DNA from: Lama guanicoe
Taxonomy: Eukaryota
Reading direction: 5' to 3'
NCBI GenBank assembly: GCA_013239625.1
Contig: MU053652.1
Span: forward strand, 7,431,902 to 7,495,901
Length of the DNA stretch: 64,000 nucleotides
The notes beneath the pieces were generated by a model, which worked only from the letters and a program-made list of their open reading frames with translations, made no database searches and had not been told where the DNA came from. The stretch's first letter is position 1. Each line of letters opens with the position of its first letter. Position numbers and translations under genes: made by a program. Positions 12,734 to 26,281 of this stretch are shown in pieces.

Positions 12734-15230
12734 TACCGAAAACCTATGTTGGCCCAGTCTATGCTATCGGTCTAAGTAGCTCACTTATCTACTCATACCC
12801 TTGTGAATGATTGTGTCATTTTTAATTAGAATTTCTGCCAAATTAAAACTCAGAATTATGAAAAATTCTCTCTTCTTTGTAAGGTATTTTGTCAACGGTA
12901 CAGAAGTTTTTCCAGATACCAAGATCCATCTCTTTCCCCATATCTAGTCAATTTGCAGTTCCTGTTAACGTACTATCAAAATTCTTTTCGAAATGCCTCT
13001 GTAATAATCGTTTTCCATACCTTTTCCTGGGCTCCTAGGCTGGGCTTTTATTATCACATGTCCAGCTATCAGCAACAGCAGAGGAAATTTTTTGTCCTGT
13101 TCTTGTTATTCATTATTCCTGAAGACATGTGACTTTCTTATATAAAAACTAGCCCTAACATTTTAAAACCTATGTACTCCAGATAGCCCATTTGATCTGT
13201 TTATACAGCACACTACCTCAATATTAAGCCCCTAAGAGCAACGCCTGGAGTGAAGTTTCCCCTCTGGAAAGTGAAGGCGGGCATTAGAGCAGCAGTTCTC
13301 AAAAACATTTTAGTTTCAGGGCCCCCTTTCCCTCTTAACAAATTACTGAGTATCTCAAAGAGATCTTGTTTAGCTTTGTTATAGCTGTCACTATCCTACT
13401 GGAAATTAAACTGAGAAAAATTTAAATATTTATTAGTTCATTTAAAAATAATAATACTAAACCCTTTACATATTAACCTAAATAGCATATTTTAGTGATA
13501 AAACTATATTTTCCAATGTTAAAATGCTAGTGAGAAGAATTGTGTAGTTTTACTTCGGTTCTTTAATGTATGTCTTATTAGATGCCAATAAGAGTCTCAT
13601 ATCTGGTCTGCTGTCAACCCATTAAAATATAGTTTTGGTTGAAGTATAAAAAAGAAATCTAGCCCCATGCAGACACGGAACTGAAAAAAGGTGTACATAA
13701 ATTGCATTTTCAGATAATTTATCTTTAAAACTATACCAAAACACAGTAAGTGATGGTTTCTTAAAGATTCATTGCAGCCATATATTTTAATAAACTTTTA
13801 ATATTCTATGAAAACATTGTGCTCTAATACTTTTAAATCCATTGGCTTCTTTTTCCCTTTAAATGTATGTTTTACCCAGGCATACATGATTTTGCATCAT
13901 CATTCATTGGTTGATTGAAAAATACTGGCTCACTGTGTTGTGCAGACCTCCTGCACGTTTTATAAAAATCAAAACACACAATTGTTAACATCCCCACTAA
14001 CCTCCTTAGACAAATATAACACTGGGAAGCTATTAGAGACATGGTAGCAGGTAAAAGGTTTTTAAATTATAATTTTTGCTTGACAGTTTTAATTGTATTA
14101 CTAGCAACAAATACTGTCAATTGTTTTCACTGAGGTGACAGGCTTACTTTATTTTTGAGAAAATATCTGCCAAATACCCACTTCTTTTTTAAAAAGTTTC
14201 ATTAAGATATCATTCACATACTATAAAATTAACGTTTACAATTTATTCGCTTGCATTACATTCACTGAAGTGAGCAACCACCAGTACAATAAATTTTAGA
14301 ACATTTCATCACCCTGAAAAGAAAGCTCACAGCTATTAGCAGTCACTCCCATTTAGCAGAACCTACAAATCCTAGAAATGACTAATCTGCTGCCTGTCTC
14401 TATAGATTTCTCTATTCTGAACATTTCATATAAATGGAAACATACAATATGTGGCCTTTGGCGTCTCTTACTTAGCATAGTGTTTTGTAGATTCATCCAT
14501 GTATCTGTTGTAGCATGTATCTGTACTTCATTTTTTATGGCCAAATAATATTCCATTGTCTGGATATACTGTATGTTGCTTATCCATAGGTTGATGGTCA
14601 TTTGGTTGCTTCCACGTTTGGCTATTATAAATAATATTGCTTTGAACATTTGTATACATATTTTTGTGTGGACATATATTTTGTTTTCTTGGGTACACAA
14701 CTAGGAGTGGAATGCTGGATCACGCAGTAAATCTATGGTTAAAATTTTGAGGAACTGCCTGTTTTTTGTGTCTGTGCCATTTTACATTCCTTTCACAAAA
14801 GCAATACACGAGGGCTCAATTTCTCTGTGTCCTTGCCAATAGTTATTATTGCCTGTGTTCTCTATTATAGCCATTTTGGTGCATATGAAGTGGCATCCCA
14901 TTGTGGCTTTGTTCTGCATTTTCCTAATGGCCAATGAAGTTCAGCATCTTTCCATGCAGTATTGGTCATTTATATATCTTCTTTTGAGATATGTCTAATC
15001 AGAACCTTTGCCCGTTTAAAACAATGGAGTATTTGTCTTTTTATAGTTTAGTTTTGAGTTCTTTATATATTCTGGATATTAGACCTTGATTACACATGTG
15101 ATTTGCAAATATTTCTCCCATTCCGTGGGTTGTCCTTTCACTTTTTTGATGGTGTCCTTTGAAGCACAACAGTTTTTAGTTTTAATGAAATTCAGTTTAT
15201 CAGTTTTTCCCTTTTGTTAATGTGCTTTTC

Positions 15231-17240
15231 TTTTTCTTTTTACATTTTTTATTGAGTTATAGTCATTTTACAATGTTGTGTCAAATTCCAGTGCAGAGCA
15301 CAATTTTTCAGTTATACATGAACATACATATATTCACTGTCACATTTTTTTTCACTGTGAGCTACAACAAGATCTTGTATATATTTCCCTGTGCTATACA
15401 GTATAATCTTGTTTATCTCTTCTGCATATGCCTGTCAGTATCTAGAAATTTTGAACTCCCAGTCTGTCCCTTCCCACCCCTCTCCCCCTTGGCAACCACA
15501 AGTTTGTGTTCTATGTCTATGAGTCTGTTTCTGTTTTGTATTTATGTTTTGGTTTTTTTTTTTAGATTCCACATATGAGCGATCTCATATGGTGTTTTTT
15601 TCTCTTTCTGGCTTATTTCACTCAGAATGACATTCTCCAGGAACATCCATGTTGCTGCAAATGGCATTATTTTGTCATTTTTTATGACTGAATAGTATTC
15701 ATTATATAAATATACCACTTCTTCTTTATCCAGTCATCTGTTGATGGACATTTAGGCTGTCTCCATGTCTTGGCTATTGTAAATAGTGCTGCTATGAATA
15801 TTGGGGTGCAGGTGTCTTTTTGAAGTAGGGTTCCTTCTGGATATATGCCCAGGAGTGGGATTCCTGGGTCATATGGTAAGTCTATTCCTAGTCTTTTGAG
15901 GAATCTCCATACTGTTTTNNNNNNNNNNNNNNNNNNNNNNNNNNNNNNNNNNNNNNNNNNNNNNNNNNNNNNNNNNNNNNNNNNNNNNNNNNNNNNNNNN
16001 NNNNNNNNNNNNNNNNNNNNNNNNNNNNNNNNNNNNNNNNNNNNNNNNNNNNNNNNNNNNNNNNNNNNNNNNNNNNNNNNNNNNNNNNNNNNNNNNNNNN
16101 NNNNNNNNNNNNNNNNNNNNNNNNNNNNNNNNNNNNNNNNNNNNNNNNNNNNNNNNNNNNNNNNNNNNNNNNNNNNNNNNNNNNNNNNNNNNNNNNNNNN
16201 NNNNNNNNNNNNNNNNNNNNNNNNNNNNNNNNNNNNNNNNNNNNNNNNNNNNNNNNNNNNNNNNNNNNNNNNNNNNNNNNNNNNNNNNNNNNNNNNNNNN
16301 NNNNNNNNNNNNNNNNNNNNNNNNNNNNNNNNNNNNNNNNNNNNNNNNNNNNNNNNNNNNNNNNNNNNNNNNNNNNNNNNNNNNNNNNNNNNNNNNNNNN
16401 NNNNNNNNNNNNNNNNNNNNNNNNNNNNNNNNNNNNNNNNNNNNNNNNNNNNNNNNNNNNNNNNNNNNNNNNNNNNNNNNNNNNNNNNNNNNNNNNNNNN
16501 NNNNNNNNNNNNNNNNNNNNNNNNNNNNNNNNNNNNNNNNNNNNNNNNNNTATTTATGTTTTGTTTTTTTTTTTTAGATTCCACATATGAGCGATCTCAT
16601 ATGGTGTTTTTTTCTCTTTCTGGCTTATTTCACTCAGAATGACATTCTCCAGGAACATCCATGTTGCTGCAAATGGCATTATTTTGTCATTTTTTATGAC
16701 TGAATAGTATTCATTATATAAATATACCACTTCTTCTTTATCCAGTCATCTGTTGATGGACATTTAGGCTGTCTCCATGTCTTGGCTATTGTAAATAGTG
16801 CTGCTATGAATATTGGGGTGCAGGTGTCTTTTTGAAGTAGGGTTCCTTCTGGATATATGCCCAGGAGTGGGATTCCTGGGTCATATGGTAAGTCTATTCC
16901 TAGTCTTTTGAGGAATCTCCATACTGTTTTTCACAGTGGCTGCACCAAACTGCATTCCCACCAGCAGTGTTGGAGAGTTCCCTTTTCTCCACAGCCTCTC
17001 CAGCATTTGTCATTTGTGGACTTTTGAATGATGGCCATTCTGAGCGGTGTGAGGTGATAGATACCTCATTGTAGTTTTGATTTGCATTTCTCTGATAATT
17101 AGTGCTATTGAGCATTTTTTCATGTGCCTATTTATCATTTGTATTTCTTTCCTGGGGAATTGCTTGTTTAGGTCTTCTGCCCATTTTTGGATTGGATTTG
17201 TTTTTTTCTTATTAAGTCATATAAGCTGCTTATATATTCT
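15231..17240 (-). mobile_element. Young lineage-specific (camelid-type) 5'-truncated L1, containing the assembly gap
   Basis: Well-preserved ORF2 C-terminus ([27 protein letters not shown]); poly-T; TSD gttaa(t)tgtgcttttc at 15216 and 17241. Confidence 0.85.
15919..16550. other. Assembly gap (N run)
   Basis: 632 Ns. Confidence 1.
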
Positions 17241-18598
17241 GTTAATTGTGCTTTTCATGTCATACCTAAGAAACCCTTCCCAACTTATGGTCATAAAGAT
17301 TTACTGCTATATTTTATTCTATGTATATTTCATTTTCAACTTTAACATATAAGTGTATGAGCCATTTCAAACTAACTTGTGTAGGATATGAGGCAAGGTT
17401 CCAAATTCATTCTTTTGCATATAGATACCCAGTTCTCCCAGAACCATTTCTTGAAAAGATTCTTCTTTCTCCATGACACCCTTGTCAAAAATCAAATGAC
17501 CAGAAATAAACTGATTATACCTAGTTTCTCAGTTCTGTTTCGTTGATCTTTATGACCATCCTTCTGCCACATTGGCTTGATTTCTGTAACTCTGTGGTGA
17601 GTTTTGAAATCAAGAAAGGCGAGTCCTTCAACTTTGTCCTTTTGCAAAATTGTTCTGGTTCTTCAAGTACCAACTTCTGAATAACCATAGTTTGTTTGGG
17701 GGTTGTTACTTCAAGTAAAACTTGTGTCCTGTGGTAAAAGTGGCTCGTTCCGCGTGCAAGCTCACAAGTGCTTTTGATCAAGACGACCATTGTGCTCTAC
17801 AGTATGTAGAAGTGCTCTGTGCTTCTCTTTTTGCAACACAGAATATTAAAGGATGTGTACTCAAGGGCCAAGATTTAATAAAATGAACAAATGTTACTGC
17901 TTTAAGATTTCTTTACAGAAATTGACTTTTAAATATTTATGTATTTGATTTATTTCGTACTTGTGTGTGCATGGGTTGGGGTGTGCAGGTGTGAACATAA
18001 TGACCACTAGTATGTTTTGGTGCCACTGCCTTGATTCCCGCTAAGTCAGCAGCAGTTTTGCCTGACCCTGAATTTGCACCGTCAGTACATATGTCAACAC
18101 AGTAAAAAAGGGAAAATTTTTCTGTATATATTTGGTAATACCAAGTCTGCAAAAAAAAAAATCTGTGATGAGTAAACTTTAAAAATGCCATTTTACTGCC
18201 CTTCAGGAAAAATGTCAATGAAGATTTAATTCATATTTTGTCACACACATCTTTTAAACTATAAGCAGTAAAAATAATTGTCCAAGTAATCTTGTCATGG
18301 TTATGAATATTTTCCTCTGATGGAAAATGTAGTTGTTACCACTAGTGCTATCATTATGTCGATAAGGATACTTTATAGGTCTTTTAAAATATTTCCTTGA
18401 TCCAGAATAGTCCATGATTGTGTAATAAGATGTTTTCTGCATACAAAGCAATTAGTGGCTATGGCATTTGAGATAGCATGAAATATTTTAGACAAAATGT
18501 CCTTTGAGTGAAATTTACATTTTTCTACTAGTAATTACCAAATGCCAGAATTAATTTTTCTCAGATAATTATTCCTTTAGCATAGTTGACAATCCCAG

Positions 18599-18787
18599 GC
18601 ATTTAACTCATTCATTAAAATGCAATAAGGATTTCTCCAATGGTTTTCACTACCAGTAATGACATGCATTATTACACATCACTAATTTCCATGAAGAACA
18701 ATGAGATACTATTTTATTGGTATTTACATTTACAGGACTACACTGTTGCATGCTTATGCTTTTGAAGAAAACAACAGGAGGACCCAG
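18599..18787 (+). pseudogene. CPLANE1-like exon remnant
   Basis: attggtatttacatttacag restores IGIYILQ (1-nt deletion) vs LNGVYILQ. Confidence 0.45.
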
Positions 18788-20889
18788 GTCAAATTAATGT
18801 CAGTTTTTTTCCCCTTAAAAATTAAATAATTTCTATATTAGTATATGATGTTAGAATTGTTGCTAAATATTTTTATTATTGTGTAGTTTCATTAATAATT
18901 GGAATCAACATATGACTAAGAAGGACAGTACTTAAATTATTAAAATAAATATATGATGATGATTATGAATAAAGGGAACTAAAAAATATTTAAAGAAAAT
19001 ATTTGGATAAATGTTCCAAAGTTTTTTCTTTGATGTTTTGCATTTGCATTTGTTGTCATTGTTACTTTCTCCAGTTGCTAAGCATTTATTAATTTCAGAA
19101 CAAGTCAATTAACTTACAGAACTATCTACTTTAAATGCTTTTTTGTGTTAAGTGTTAAATGTCATCTGGTGCTGGTACTTCAGTGTTTACATTAGTACTT
19201 ACTAAAATAACAATTACTTTTTGGTAAAAGTTAATTTGTGACTTGAGCCACTAAAACAACAGAATTCACGCTTTTCTCAGCTTTGCCTTGAAAAGTCATC
19301 TTTAGTTTTATAAAATAAAAATGTAGAATTAATGGAGTAGTCTGACTTTTTATCTGTTGGACAGTATATCAAAGTGTCTGCATATGCTCATTGATCCAGT
19401 TGGAAAATCACTAATTGATATGCAAATACTTTATCCATTAGGGTGAGCTTTACTTAAAATGATATGATTTCCCTTTAAGATTACAGCTTCTCATTGCAAA
19501 GACTTGCTATTTTTCACCCTGTTTGTATGAAGCAATGGTGACATGCAGGGCCTGATTAGCTTAAATCACAGATGTGTTTGCCTTAGGGGATGTAGCAGTA
19601 GCCTAGTTTTCCCTAAAGATGACAGCCAGAATTCAAATTATTTCCAATCCAAAGCCACAACTGTCCTAATTCTACTAGCTCAGTGATTAAATTGGAATAT
19701 AGTAGAGAGGAAAGGAAGATTGAGGCTGTAAACATTTAATGTCTGTATGTTTTTTTCTAAGGCTAAAAAAAGAATTCTGTACATTCCTAGGGATGGCGCT
19801 CTCTAGGCTAACGTCAGTATGCAACTCATTTGTTTGTACAGCAGTTGAAAAATTCATTTGCCTCAGTCATCAGCACATGGATGCATAAGGAGGGCGGGTA
19901 TTTTTCAGGAAGAGAATACACATTTAATTTGACATTTTCTTATTGAACTTGAGGCAGCCAGCTTCCCTGGCTTTACTCCATCTTTTCATCCCACCAAACT
20001 TTCCCGCCTACTCATCAAACAATCACAGCATTCTTCACCATAAAACATAGGCAGATGGGTCCTTGTGTCATTATTTGTAATCCGATTGAAAGATCTGTTT
20101 TTGCTTCTCCTGGCCCCCATTCCATAATTCTCTAAAAATCAACATTCAGTTCCTTAAATTCATAATCTTTCTTCCTTCTTAGCAAAGAAATTAAACTTAA
20201 CAATAGCATTTTTTTTGCAACTTTCTCATGTATTTTATAGTCATGCATAACCTAGGGATGAGAGTAATTCACATAAAGTGTTGAAACTCTTTTTCTTAAT
20301 TCAATAACAATAATACACTTATAAAATGCAAAGTACCCAATAAATGCCATGTAATAAACAACAGTTTTATTGAAGTCAGGCCATCGACTCTTTCCCATAA
20401 TTGTAAATGCTTCCTTATTTAAGCATGCATTTAAGAACTATTTTTGTGGGTTCTGTTTATTCATCACCATCTATTCTGAATTAGCTCATAATTGGATTAT
20501 TTCTCATTTTCTTTTAGTAATTGCTTGAAGCATATAAAAAGTACTAAGTGTTAAGAGGTCATTCCTTAACAGTGACTATTAGGATTTCTTGGATATCCTA
20601 GGTTTCCAGTTACTTTTTTCTTTCCCCTTTAGTGTGCCTGAAATTCTTTGTTGAACAAGGGAGAGATATATAATATTATGTCTTTAAACTGCCCAACCGA
20701 TACTTGTGTACCTTGAATTTTTTTTAACCTATAAAGAAGTTCATAAATCTAGTGTGTGAAAATTAAAAAGAGCAAGCCCCACTGGTGATGTATGAAATAT
20801 TAAAAAATATAGTAAACATAAAAATCAGTTTAAATACTGAACCCTGAAACAGTTTGCAAAGTGACATTTTTCCATTCTTCACATTCATA

Positions 20890-21340
20890 AAGAAGCTTGC
20901 CTTGTGTCCTGGGGAAAGTCAGACTTTCTCCACAGCTCACGGCAGCTGATTAGACATAGTTAAACCGCCCTATAAGAGGTATGAGTGTCTGGACTTTTAG
21001 CTTGACTAAGGTGAAATTCATATTCTATAAATAGTAGATTCTCCAGCCTGATTTAATCACAAATTATAGCAATATCTCTGCGGGGGGTGGGAGGGAAGGG
21101 GAGGGTAACAATTATATGAGAGACCAGGTTTTCCCAGCTCTTTCATTTGCACTCTTCATTCGCACCATCTTCTTTGAGTCCACCTTTCCCAGCCATAGAA
21201 AACAATTTGAAAGAAGTCTCTGATAGGAAATGCAGTTTTGAGATACAGGCAACTAAAAGATTGAAACTTATCAGTGTATGAGTTTCACCAAGGACAAATA
21301 CCCTTTCACTTTTCTTTCAGTCAGATAATCAAGTTGCTTG
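20890..21340 (+). pseudogene. CPLANE1-like exon remnant(s)
   Basis: P*KTI*KKSLIGNAVL vs LWRILYKKTLWYQAQL. Confidence 0.45.
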
Positions 21341-21929
21341 TTATTTATATTTTAAGTTGCCTACTGCAAACAGAGTACATTGTTCAGTATCAGGAAAAGC
21401 TAATCCTGGAAAGGTAAAAAACTCTGCTTGAGAGTTTATAGATTAAGAACAAGTTGACAGGGCTATTTTTGATAGATAAATGATCATTTTAAAAAATGAG
21501 GCGCAAATGTTATAAAGATTTTTATATAACTGGTAGGTTTTTTAAAAATTATTATGTAGCATCATGGAGTGCAAAATTCATCTTCCTGGGGATTAGAGAA
21601 CCACTGATTTTGGCTCTGGCTTGATTGGATGTGACCTTGGGTATATTATTGAACATCTCTGGGTTTCAAATGTGCTGTCTAAAGAACACAAAATTGATTG
21701 AACAATTCCTAATTCATAGTCATTCTGTATTATTTCTTATGAGGAAAAATGACCTTTTTAAGGACGGTTGTTTTCACAGTATTCCTGTTAAAACATTTAA
21801 TGCCTCCTTTTCTATCACATATTTTGAATTTCCGTTTGGCACTTAAGATCCTCCTATGTACTTATATATGTCTTCAGTGCATATGTAATTTTTTTTTATG
21901 AAATGAACAACACTGATTTTTTTTCACGT

Positions 21930-22130
21930 GGTTAAGCACTTTCATAAATAGCTAATTCTTCATAGCACTCTCTGAGGTATTATTGTAATTATGCTCATTT
22001 TCCAGGTAAAAACTTGGAGACACAGTGAGACTGAGTTGCCAACCCAGGGTCACATTAACAGTAAGTGGAGAGCTGAGATTCAAGCCCAGACAGCCTGACT
22101 CTGGGGCCCTCTTTCTTAACCACTCCACCG
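21930..22130 (-). mobile_element. MIR SINE
   Basis: agggtcaca...agagctgagattcaagcccagacagcctgactc. Confidence 0.75.
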
Positions 22131-22602
22131 CGTTTATTACCTGCCAGCATTGCTGACTTCACACTACTCTCTATATTTTTCCAACCACTTCTTTTTCTAG
22201 ACAGGTTGATTTCTTTGTTTTGAAACAGAAGCCTGTGTTCTCATAGCTTCATGAATGTTTCTACTACAACTAATGCCATACCTAGAATTGAATAAATGAA
22301 ATAATGATGAAATTTTTAAATGAATACAAATGAATGAATGAGCAGGGTGTATGGAACTGAATCTGAGAGGGAGAGAGAAATGTTTCAGGTCAATGATGGA
22401 GGGTTTCGGGATGAGGTCAAAGAAATAAGCAACACTTCAGGTTTGTCCATTTCTGCCTTCAAATTTGTTTCATAGTTGATATTATTTTAATGCAAAAGAA
22501 ACCATCAAAAGCTTATTTTTGGTCTGGCTTTTATTTTATATTTCCACTGCCATTTTCTTCTTGCCATTGGAGAGGTTCTTTTTCCTACTTCTAAGATTGT
22601 AG

Positions 22603-22832
22603 TCTTTGTGGATCTTTACTGAATTAGAATAAGCACAATACACTTTCTATTGATGGAGACATCTGAGGTTCCTGGCCTGGAGGGGCATGGATGAAGGAAA
22701 GCTGGTGTCAGCACATTTGGGGCACAGCAGAGAACAATTGAGTAGTGTGCGGCGTCTGTGCAAGCGCTCTCTTTCATTAGATACTTTTTAAATGTTTGCA
22801 TGCTTGCCAGTGGCAAAGATGGCAAACTTCAA
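22603..22832 (+). pseudogene. CPLANE1-like exon remnant
   Basis: GSLLN*NKHNTLSIDGD/LRFL vs GDCLNQTLELKSINGEECFL; LSFIRYFL vs FLQIRYYL; tag acceptor, caa|gtaatt donor. Confidence 0.6.
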
Positions 22833-23576
22833 GTAATTGATTGGGAACAAAATTTTTATTGTCCTCTGCAGTTCTATAAAAACCAGTGTTTAATATGTGT
22901 CTTTTTTCTGAATGGCTTTCCACTTCAAACCTTTGGTCAAGAGTCAGTGTCTATAGTCACTACCTGGAGTCCTTAGCAGATGGAATGTCAGGGATTAATT
23001 AACAGGCGTTTCTGTAGGTGGCAAAGTGTAACCAGCAAGATACTAGCAGCTATCATATTTAAACTCTACAATTCCCCCTGTGATTCCCATATATGATCTC
23101 ATTTGGGCTGTTTCCCATATGTGATCTCATGTAGGGAGGGGAGCCATTTTTCTTAAATTTCGTTTACACTTGAGGAAAACTTAGGATTATTGAGTATCAG
23201 TTAATTGCTCAAATTCACTTCTTAGCAGTGCCATGGTTAGGGTCATTTACGGTGAATCACACACTCTTCCCTGCTCACCTCCAAATCATCTTGGAGGCCG
23301 ATTTTATAATGGATTTATAAATTGAAGAGGCAAGAAATATTTAGTACCACTGAGAGGACAAAGATGTGGCAGATGTGTTTCACGTAAAGGCAAATTTAAG
23401 ACAATACATTTAGGGAAGTGTGTACTGTAGAGGGAGGAGGTTTTTCTACACAGCTGTTACTTGTAGAAGTTGGGCTGAGAAAATTAGAGGGAGAAAAAAG
23501 TAACTACGATAAAGGCTTTCTCTTACTCTTGCTCCAACCACAATTTTCTCATACTGCTGATGAAATAAAAACATAG

Positions 23577-24000
23577 ATGGACCTGGAGATTGTCATACTA
23601 AGTGAAGTAAGCCAGAAAGAGAAAGCAAAATACCATATGATATCACTTATATGTGGAATCTTAAAAAAACATGACACAAATGAACTTATTTACAAAAGAG
23701 AAACAGATTCACATAGAAAACAAACTTATGGTTACCAGGGAGGTGGGGGAAGGGGATGGGAAGGGAATGGGAAGGGATAAAATGGGAGTCTGAGATCTGC
23801 AGATACAGGTTTCTACTATATAACAGAGGGAACTTTATTCAATATCTTGAAGTAACCTATAATGAAAAAGAATATGAAAAGGAACATATATATGTGTATG
23901 CACCACTGAAACATTATGCTGTACACCAGAAATTGATACAACTTTGTAAACTGCCTATACTTCAATAAAAATAAATATATAAAATAAATAAGTAAATAAA
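23577..24000 (+). mobile_element. L1 3' end, young lineage-specific
   Basis: MDLEIVILSEVSQKEKAKYHMISLICGI ORF2 end, 3'UTR and A-rich tail. Confidence 0.85.
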
Positions 24001-24614
24001 ATTCATAGTTTAAGTCAGGATAAGAACATTTAAACATAATTTTTTTTCTCTACCAGCTTGGGTCTCCTCTCTCCTCTGATGTGTTTTGTGCGTCTGCATT
24101 ATGCTTTAACCAGACCCTCCCAATGGCAGAAATTCGTGCTCAACCATAAAGATCAATATTTTCTTTTTCTGGCACCAGCCACATAACTCCATGTAATTTC
24201 TTAGAAGACAGCATTCCTTTCTCAATCCCGTAAAGGGTCAAGATGACCCACCACTTGCCTTGTGCGTGCAGACTTTGTTGGACTATCATTTATGTACAAT
24301 GACAGTATATCATTTCCCTTAGAGAGAGTGATTGGTGCAGAACAGATGGGTCAGGTGACCTGGGGAGATACTGGGCTACACCTAATAGAAGTTTATAGTT
24401 TAAATACTTATTTATGTTCTTATTGAGGTTACTAGCTATGTTACTTGTATTCTGACTATTTTACAAGATTGTTGTTGTGTGTCATTTTGTATAATTGAGT
24501 AATGAAGTATTCTGCTTACCAGAAAGAAAAGTCAAGCTATACATATCCAAGAAATAAGGGTATATAATAGATTACACCTAATAAATTTGCCTCAACTGAT
24601 ATCTTTTGCCTCAG

Positions 24615-24703
24615 GTCTCAGTAGCCAGTTTATTTTCCTTTCAATGTTTTGGAAGAATTCCCTTGCCTAGGACCCTCGCTTCCCTGAGAGAGTTCTGAGT
24701 TAG
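24615..24703 (+). pseudogene. Candidate exon of the same pseudogene
   Basis: ttttgcctcag acceptor and tag|gtaaga donor; stops in all frames; lies between two homologous exons. Confidence 0.4.
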
Positions 24704-25049
24704 GTAAGATAAAGGCAAGTCCTTTGCAACTAGTCCTTCACGGAGCTCCCAGAGAGGTCAAAAGAGACGGATACAATTTTTTGAGAACAAGATTCTCTCT
24801 TCTCTCTCCAGAACCAGAACTGATATCAGGAATGGGGGCTGCCAAGCTGTGGGACAAGTTGGAACACCACACTAGTCTCCTACTGGAGGGTTTCAGTCAC
24901 TGTTTTCCTGATGAAGCATGCACATGACTCCAGTTATACGACATTCTAGTGTTCTGATAAGATTGATTCTGATCACTTATTTTGTCAGATTTTTTGGTGT
25001 TTCTGGGGAGGAATAGACCCTGGGAAGTCCCTGGTCTGCCACTTTTTCA

Positions 25050-26100
25050 CTGATGCTACTCTCAACTTACATTTTTTACTTAAAAAGCATGTCCCAGTGT
25101 TCTCCCATATTAATACATAAAAGCTTCTTCAGTCTTTTTATATCAGTACAGTGTTCCATTGTGTAGTTCCACTCTAATGATTTAATAAATCTACCATTGC
25201 TATACATCCAGCTTGTATGACAACCTTTTGCTATGACAAGTGGCATGTAATGAATAGCCTTACTCATGTTATTTTATATCTCTGCTTGCATATTTCTATA
25301 ATTCTGAAGGCATTGGTGTACCATATCTACTGGTACATTTCAAATGTACCATTTGTAATTTCAAAAATACTGCCAAATTGTGTTATATATGGCTCTTATA
25401 CATATACACACATGTACTAACAACGTACTGGAAGTCATGGTTTATTATAGGTTTTCCAATATAGTGCTTCATCAGATTTTTTCATCTTTTCCAGTTTAAT
25501 GCAGTGTAGCTTTTATTGGCATTTCTCCAGTTATTAATGTATTTTACGATTAATTAGAGACCCATTTTTATTTTAACTTATGTGAATCCTTCATTTACTT
25601 ATTGCTCATACTTTTATGGCTGTTTTCCCATTCGTTTGTGAAAACATTTTGTATAAGGCGAGCACTCATAATATTTCTATATATATTGTTACTGTTTGTC
25701 ATTTTTTTTCTTTTACTTTGTACTTGTTGATTTTACCATGCAGATTACATTCAATCGTATCAATTATTTTAAAATGTTTCCTGGGTTTTTATCACAATTA
25801 GAAAAGTTTTGAAGACTAGAGGATTATAAAAAAGTTAGGCATGATTTCTTCAGGTTTTTTAGGTTTCACATACTAAATTTAAATCTCTACTTAGGATGTT
25901 TCTTATTATAGTACAGGAGGTTTGACTCCAACTTTAATTTTTCCAAATCAGATTCCACTGGAACCTAGCTGGCCCCACAACACTTACTAAATAATTCATT
26001 CCTCTCTCCTTCCCCAACCCCACACACTAATGTGGAATACTAGATTTATAATACACTAAATTTCTGTAGTGTTTCTGTGTACATCTAAATTTTCTCTTAA
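25050..26100 (-). mobile_element. Old L1ME-like fragment
   Basis: Decayed antisense ORF2/3'UTR motifs. Confidence 0.6.
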
Positions 26101-26118
26101 GTGATTATTCCTTATCAG

Positions 26119-26281
26119 TTCTAAAAACTGAGATTTCCTCCAATATATTGGCAGAGTGTTTGTGGACCATCTTTTATCCTGCCCGATTTTACTTTTCTCA
26201 TTAATAATCTTTGATAATCATTTTTTGTGGCAGCCCCACTAGAATGTAGATAACTGGTTCAGAACTGCTGAAGACTCATCT
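26119..26281 (+). pseudogene. CPLANE1-like exon remnant
   Basis: FLQYIGRVFVDHLLSCPILLF...PH*NVDNWFR vs VVQSMARFMAAYFTNQQLCIL...PLHIKTEQSFR. Confidence 0.5.

Larger units (their letters stand above)
14186..17663 (-). mobile_element. L1MB-like element, itself interrupted by a young L1
   Basis: ORF2 C-terminal remnants; degenerate TSD caaatacccacttct (14171) / caagtaccaacttct (17664). Confidence 0.8.
13290..18115 (-). mobile_element. Charlie1a-like hAT transposon split by L1 insertion (pieces ~13290-14185 and ~17664-18115)
   Basis: cagcagttctcaaa terminus; minus-strand transposase remnant CVDICTDGA...GKTA...IKAVAP in ORF 17937-18218. Confidence 0.75.

Noticed and set aside
15682..16642. Longest ORFs in the track (300 aa and 265 aa)
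   Set aside because: They read through an N gap inside an L1.
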